Under the pieces are notes generated by a model. It was not told where the DNA came from. It saw only the letters and a program-made list of their open reading frames with translations, and did not search any database. Position numbers and translations under genes: made by a program. A DNA stretch of 37,277 nucleotides. Source: a virus (Duplodnaviria; Caudoviricetes). The stretch lies in the IMG/VR virus record IMGVR_UViG_3300027896_000117, positions 1 to 37,277 of that record. The stretch is one strand, 5' to 3'. Below, one piece after another: positions 33,899 through 37,277 of the stretch; position 1 is the first letter of the stretch, and each line of letters opens with the position of its first letter.

Positions 33899-35095
33899 TC
33901 AATTGGAACGGTTTCGCGTGTCACCGTAGTGAACAATAGGGCCTAAATGCTGTTCAGCAGTAATTCGGCGCCAAGGATCAACTACAGTACAACGATCAGG
34001 GAAACGTAGATTATCTACATACTGTTCCCAATACCCGATCAAATACACATCCGTAACATCCTGTCTGAGGTCAATGTCACCGGTATGAATGTCATAATAA
34101 TGAACTGTGCCGCCATGATGCTCGACATAATGTCCAACTAGCATACTGGAACTACCATTCGTGTAGTGAACCCCTGGTTTGTAAGCCTTACCGACGATGG
34201 TAACGTTCTTTCCGTATTCAAGACACTTGAGAGCCATATTTTCTGCCTGAACTTCTCTTGCTCGCATGATTGCATCGAACAAGTCGTATCCAAGACCCAA
34301 ACGTTCAGCCATGTAGCGTAGAGCAATGTTGTCTCTAGGATGGCAAGCACCACCGTCACCCATACCAGCAGTCATGTAAGCTGGACCAGTGATACGATAA
34401 TTTGAACGTGCAAGGGCGCCGGTCACTACATCAACGTTCATGTTTCCATTCTTTTCAGCAACGTCCTGAATCATGTTGACAATGCCAACCTTTGCTGAAA
34501 TGAAAGTATTGTAGAAAATCTTGATGGCTTCTGCCTCGTCCCATGTACCAACTTCATAGCGAGGATCATTTTGCATGAATACCTTATAGAAGTCGATTAG
34601 CTCAGCAGCATCACCTGTAATAGAGCCATCTTCCGTACCAATGATCACCATTTCAGGATTAGCCATGTCCCACTTGATTGTACCCATCGCAATGAGATAC
34701 GGGTTGTAGATGAATCGTGCATTGGTGATGCATGGACGCAAATGACTACGAACAGTTCCCGGAAGCACTGTACTAATGAGTACAACCAACTGGTCTTGGT
34801 TTACCCACTTGTTAACTTCTGTAAGAATGTCCATGACAATAGTGTAGTCAAAGTCCTGATTAGGTAGATGACTCGTGGGAGTCTCGCCACCGTAAACAGG
34901 TGCATGTGGAGTTGGAGCTGCAATAAAGATAATATCTCTATCTGATACTGCATCTTGGATTGTATCTCGCATCGGAAACGCAGGAGTTCGTGGCTCAACA
35001 TCGTATCCTACAACGTCATAATATTGCGCCATAACTTCGGCACAGTCTTGTCCAAGCTTACCGACACCAATCATGGCTACCTTTTTGTTAGTCAT
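33899..35095 (-). CDS. UDP-glucose/GDP-mannose dehydrogenase family protein
   Basis: IGVGKLG, AAPTP, ISTVLPGT, EAIKIFYN, GDGGACHPRD, GKAYKP. Confidence 0.9.
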   Translation of the reverse strand: MTNKKVAMIGVGKLGQDCAEVMAQYYDVVGYDVEPRTPAFPMRDTIQDAVSDRDIIFIAAPTPHAPVYGGETPTSHLPNQDFDYTIVMDILTEVNKWVNQDQLVVLISTVLPGTVRSHLRPCITNARFIYNPYLIAMGTIKWDMANPEMVIIGTEDGSITGDAAELIDFYKVFMQNDPRYEVGTWDEAEAIKIFYNTFISAKVGIVNMIQDVAEKNGNMNVDVVTGALARSNYRITGPAYMTAGMGDGGACHPRDNIALRYMAERLGLGYDLFDAIMRAREVQAENMALKCLEYGKNVTIVGKAYKPGVHYTNGSSSMLVGHYVEHHGGTVHYYDIHTGDIDLRQDVTDVYLIGYWEQYVDNLRFPDRCTVVDPWRRITAEQHLGPIVHYGDTRNRSN

Positions 35096-35097
35096 TA

Positions 35098-35346
35098 TCA
35101 TTCCTCAATTTTTTCTGGTCTACTGACTTTATATGTTCTTACATTGGTAAGAATATCTTTTAACTTAATTTCAATGCTGTGGTCATCCGTATCCAATGTA
35201 ACCTGTGCGTCTGCATTGGGACCAAACACTCTAAGAAGATCATCCATAATAGCGTCACACAGTTCCTGTGACATTTCTTCAAATAGATATTTGGTGATGA
35301 TCGCATTTGCAGCGGCATCCATTTGTTCGTGCATGTCAAATGCCAT
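35098..35346 (-). CDS. Hypothetical protein
   Basis: 82-aa ORF, AAGGA SD, in operon. Confidence 0.7.
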   Translation of the reverse strand: MAFDMHEQMDAAANAIITKYLFEEMSQELCDAIMDDLLRVFGPNADAQVTLDTDDHSIEIKLKDILTNVRTYKVSRPEKIEE

Positions 35347-35347
35347 A

Positions 35348-35875
35348 TTATTTTCCTTGTTTCAACTTTTCAATCAGAAACTGTTTATATTCTGCTTCTT
35401 TCTTTGCATGTTCTTTTGCCATAACAGTCAAGTCTTTACGAAGCGTAGTTTTATACTTGCCTGAATCAGGTTCAGAATCTGATGCTTTGCTCGCTGGAAT
35501 CTTAACAACGCATGGCTTATTGATCTTCATAGCATGATTCCGAATACGCACTACCAGATGTTCTAGTTTGGTTGCCAACCAGTCATAGAAGCGAACACGA
35601 AGACAATCATTCTTGTCTATAATGTCATTAAACTTTCCAATCAGATTGCGATTGAAGGCAACATTCTTTGTCTGTTGAAGTTTTTCTCTTAGCTTTTCTA
35701 CACTGCGTTCAAGCTCCAACAGAGTCGAGGCTTCAAGGTGAACCTTTGCTTTGTCTTCTGCCGGTAAGTCAGCAACAAGTGTTCTCTGCTTTTCCAATCT
35801 AGCAGTGAGCATACCAAGTTCAGCCTCAAGCGCCGGAATTTCCTCCACGCTATAATGAGCGTATCTTAATGTCAT
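35348..35875 (-). CDS. Hypothetical coiled-coil protein
   Basis: GGAG SD, AATAAGTA box upstream. Confidence 0.75.
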   Translation of the reverse strand: MTLRYAHYSVEEIPALEAELGMLTARLEKQRTLVADLPAEDKAKVHLEASTLLELERSVEKLREKLQQTKNVAFNRNLIGKFNDIIDKNDCLRVRFYDWLATKLEHLVVRIRNHAMKINKPCVVKIPASKASDSEPDSGKYKTTLRKDLTVMAKEHAKKEAEYKQFLIEKLKQGK

Positions 35876-35973
35876 ATTATTTCTCCGAATCTTATGATTA
35901 CTTATTTCGGAATACGGGTCCTAGAAGTTTTTTTAACTTTCCCTGATCACATCAAAGATGTCACCCCAATCAA

Positions 35974-36189
35974 TCATACCCACCTCAACAAAAACATTGT
36001 AAATGCCTGTTCAGATTCGAAGGTAACAGTTATGTCTCTAACAGAATGAGTCAACACAGTATCAGGATAATATTCATTCCAAACACTTGCCCATGTAGTG
36101 AACCCTGATCTATTATCCCAAGCGTTGTCATATGCTTTCACATACCATTCAGGTTCTTCACCTTCACGGAAAGTTACTTGGTAAGTCAA
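35974..36189 (-). CDS. Small protein of the F-x-L-R-W family (TTG start)
   Basis: Ends VTFESEQAFTMFLLRWV. Confidence 0.7.
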   Translation of the reverse strand: MTYQVTFREGEEPEWYVKAYDNAWDNRSGFTTWASVWNEYYPDTVLTHSVRDITVTFESEQAFTMFLLRWV

Positions 36190-36395
36190 GACCACCTCAA
36201 TGCAAACATCACAGCGTCCTTCTCAAGCTCAAACATAAAATACCGGCTATTTCCATACCATCGGCCTTTTACATTCATTGCCATCCAACTACAGTCTGGA
36301 ATAAAATATCCTTTGACGGCGATTTTATAAATGCAATTGATATATCGTCGCTCAACAGTAGCTCTATCATTTTGATCCATAGGACTAAACGGCAT
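36186..36395 (-). CDS. Small protein of the F-x-L-R-W family
   Basis: Ends FELEKDAVMFALRWS. Confidence 0.7.
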   Translation of the reverse strand: MPFSPMDQNDRATVERRYINCIYKIAVKGYFIPDCSWMAMNVKGRWYGNSRYFMFELEKDAVMFALRWS

Positions 36396-36805
36396 TATGA
36401 CCACCTCAACGTGAACCACAGATAGTCAGATTCTTCCTTGAAGGCAAAGAACATGATATCGCCGCCGCCTATTCCATTAAATTCATAGTTACCATGTTGG
36501 TCCCAAAAGCCGCGATGCCAATCATTGCGCCACTTACCTTGACAATTTTGTTCGCACCATTCCATCATTTTTTCGCATAGGTCATGATATGGGTGAATGC
36601 CAGTAAACCCATAATTTCTAAGTCCTTGCGGGTCTAGTGGAAATAAATGAGAATATCCATGATAGTATGCGTGGGCCGAACGAGCCAAATAACTAACATC
36701 ACTATCGTACCTGCGCTCGTACTGACGCCAAGTCTTGCAACCATGGGCCTCTAGGAAGCGTTTCTCTTTATAACCCTTCCATCGTTCTTTAAGTTGCTGT
36801 ATCAT
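36395..36805 (-). CDS. Protein of the F-x-L-R-W family
   Basis: WCEQNCQGKW...FAFKEESDYLWFTLRWS. Confidence 0.8.
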   Translation of the reverse strand: MIQQLKERWKGYKEKRFLEAHGCKTWRQYERRYDSDVSYLARSAHAYYHGYSHLFPLDPQGLRNYGFTGIHPYHDLCEKMMEWCEQNCQGKWRNDWHRGFWDQHGNYEFNGIGGGDIMFFAFKEESDYLWFTLRWS

Positions 36806-37017
36806 GAATATTTCAACGCTACTACTAACATTTCTTGATCGGTCATACTATACGGAAAGTTGTGTTTATGAAAGAACCCAGAGTTTGCATCCGATCCCGG
36901 GCGGCAGGTCCATAACTCTGTATTTTTGTCCCACGTGTAATCTGCCCACCATGTGAAGTTGGGTTCTTCGTCATCTGGAATTCGTATGTGTGCTGTCTTT
37001 CCAAAGTAGACTGTCAT
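36802..37017 (-). CDS. Small protein, divergent family member
   Basis: Ends DQEMLVVALKYS; ATGA coupling at both ends. Confidence 0.7.
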   Translation of the reverse strand: MTVYFGKTAHIRIPDDEEPNFTWWADYTWDKNTELWTCRPGSDANSGFFHKHNFPYSMTDQEMLVVALKYS

Positions 37018-37196
37018 GCCCACCTCAGCAAATATAAAGTTTCCGCAGCTGGATCAGGAAATGATACATGATAAGAGTCTAACAAGAACCCATCATTGTG
37101 TATTTTATACTGATCCTTTTTTAATAAGGTAGTTAGCCATTCCCATTTAGCTACGTCAATCATATCCCTATGATCAGTAATATCATATTTTCTCAT
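37014..37196 (-). CDS. Small protein of the F-x-L-R-W family
   Basis: Ends SFPDPAAETLYLLRWA. Confidence 0.7.
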   Translation of the reverse strand: MRKYDITDHRDMIDVAKWEWLTTLLKKDQYKIHNDGFLLDSYHVSFPDPAAETLYLLRWA

Positions 37197-37277
37197 GACC
37201 ACCTCAATAGAAACCAAGCCATTTCTTTTTCGTCACGAAAGACAATGCGATAGAAATCCACAAACTGCCCGCAGTCA
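37193..37277 (-). CDS. 3' end of another F-x-L-R-W family gene (cut by window edge)
   Basis: Hand translation ...DCGQFVDFYRIVFRDEKEMAWFLLRWS*. Confidence 0.7.
   Translation of the reverse strand, partial: DCGQFVDFYRIVFRDEKEMAWFLLRWS

Noticed and set aside
35933-35977. 14-codon ORF MIDWGDIFDVIRES after the last L-R-W junction
   Set aside because: Has SD and ATG by virtue of the junction motif but is too short to support as a gene; may be a remnant
1-37277. Alternative genetic code (stop-codon reassignment)
   Set aside because: Conserved genes are full length under the standard code and tile densely with normal stop/start overlaps

Overview
Segment of a large lytic T4-like (myovirus-type) dsDNA phage genome, probably infecting an alphaproteobacterium. 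The host inference rests on a circularly permuted two-piece tmRNA with an ANDN...LAAA tag. Nearly all genes lie on the minus strand. Recognisable modules: RNA repair (Rnl1-type ligase, P-loop kinase), recombination/replication (UvsY, UvsX, gp32-type SSB), packaging (large terminase), tail fibre and baseplate proteins, spanins, ThyA/DHFR, a MoxR AAA + vWA/HEXXH pair, a UDP-glucose dehydrogenase-family enzyme and four free-standing homing-type endonucleases. Most notable observations: (1) the only two credible plus-strand genes, an HNH and an unrelated GIY-YIG endonuclease, share a ~80 bp covarying structured element bounded by two convergent late-promoter boxes; (2) a 1359-aa polyvalent protein whose domains are separated by apparent prohead-protease (hydrophobic-X-E) sites; (3) a permuted tmRNA with a 110-nt structured intervening segment, one small gene away from a YafQ/RelE-like gene; (4) a family of small paralogous genes whose L-R-W codons double as the Shine-Dalgarno site of the next gene; (5) several predicted leaderless transcripts. 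All family assignments come from motif recognition by eye; no database searches were run.
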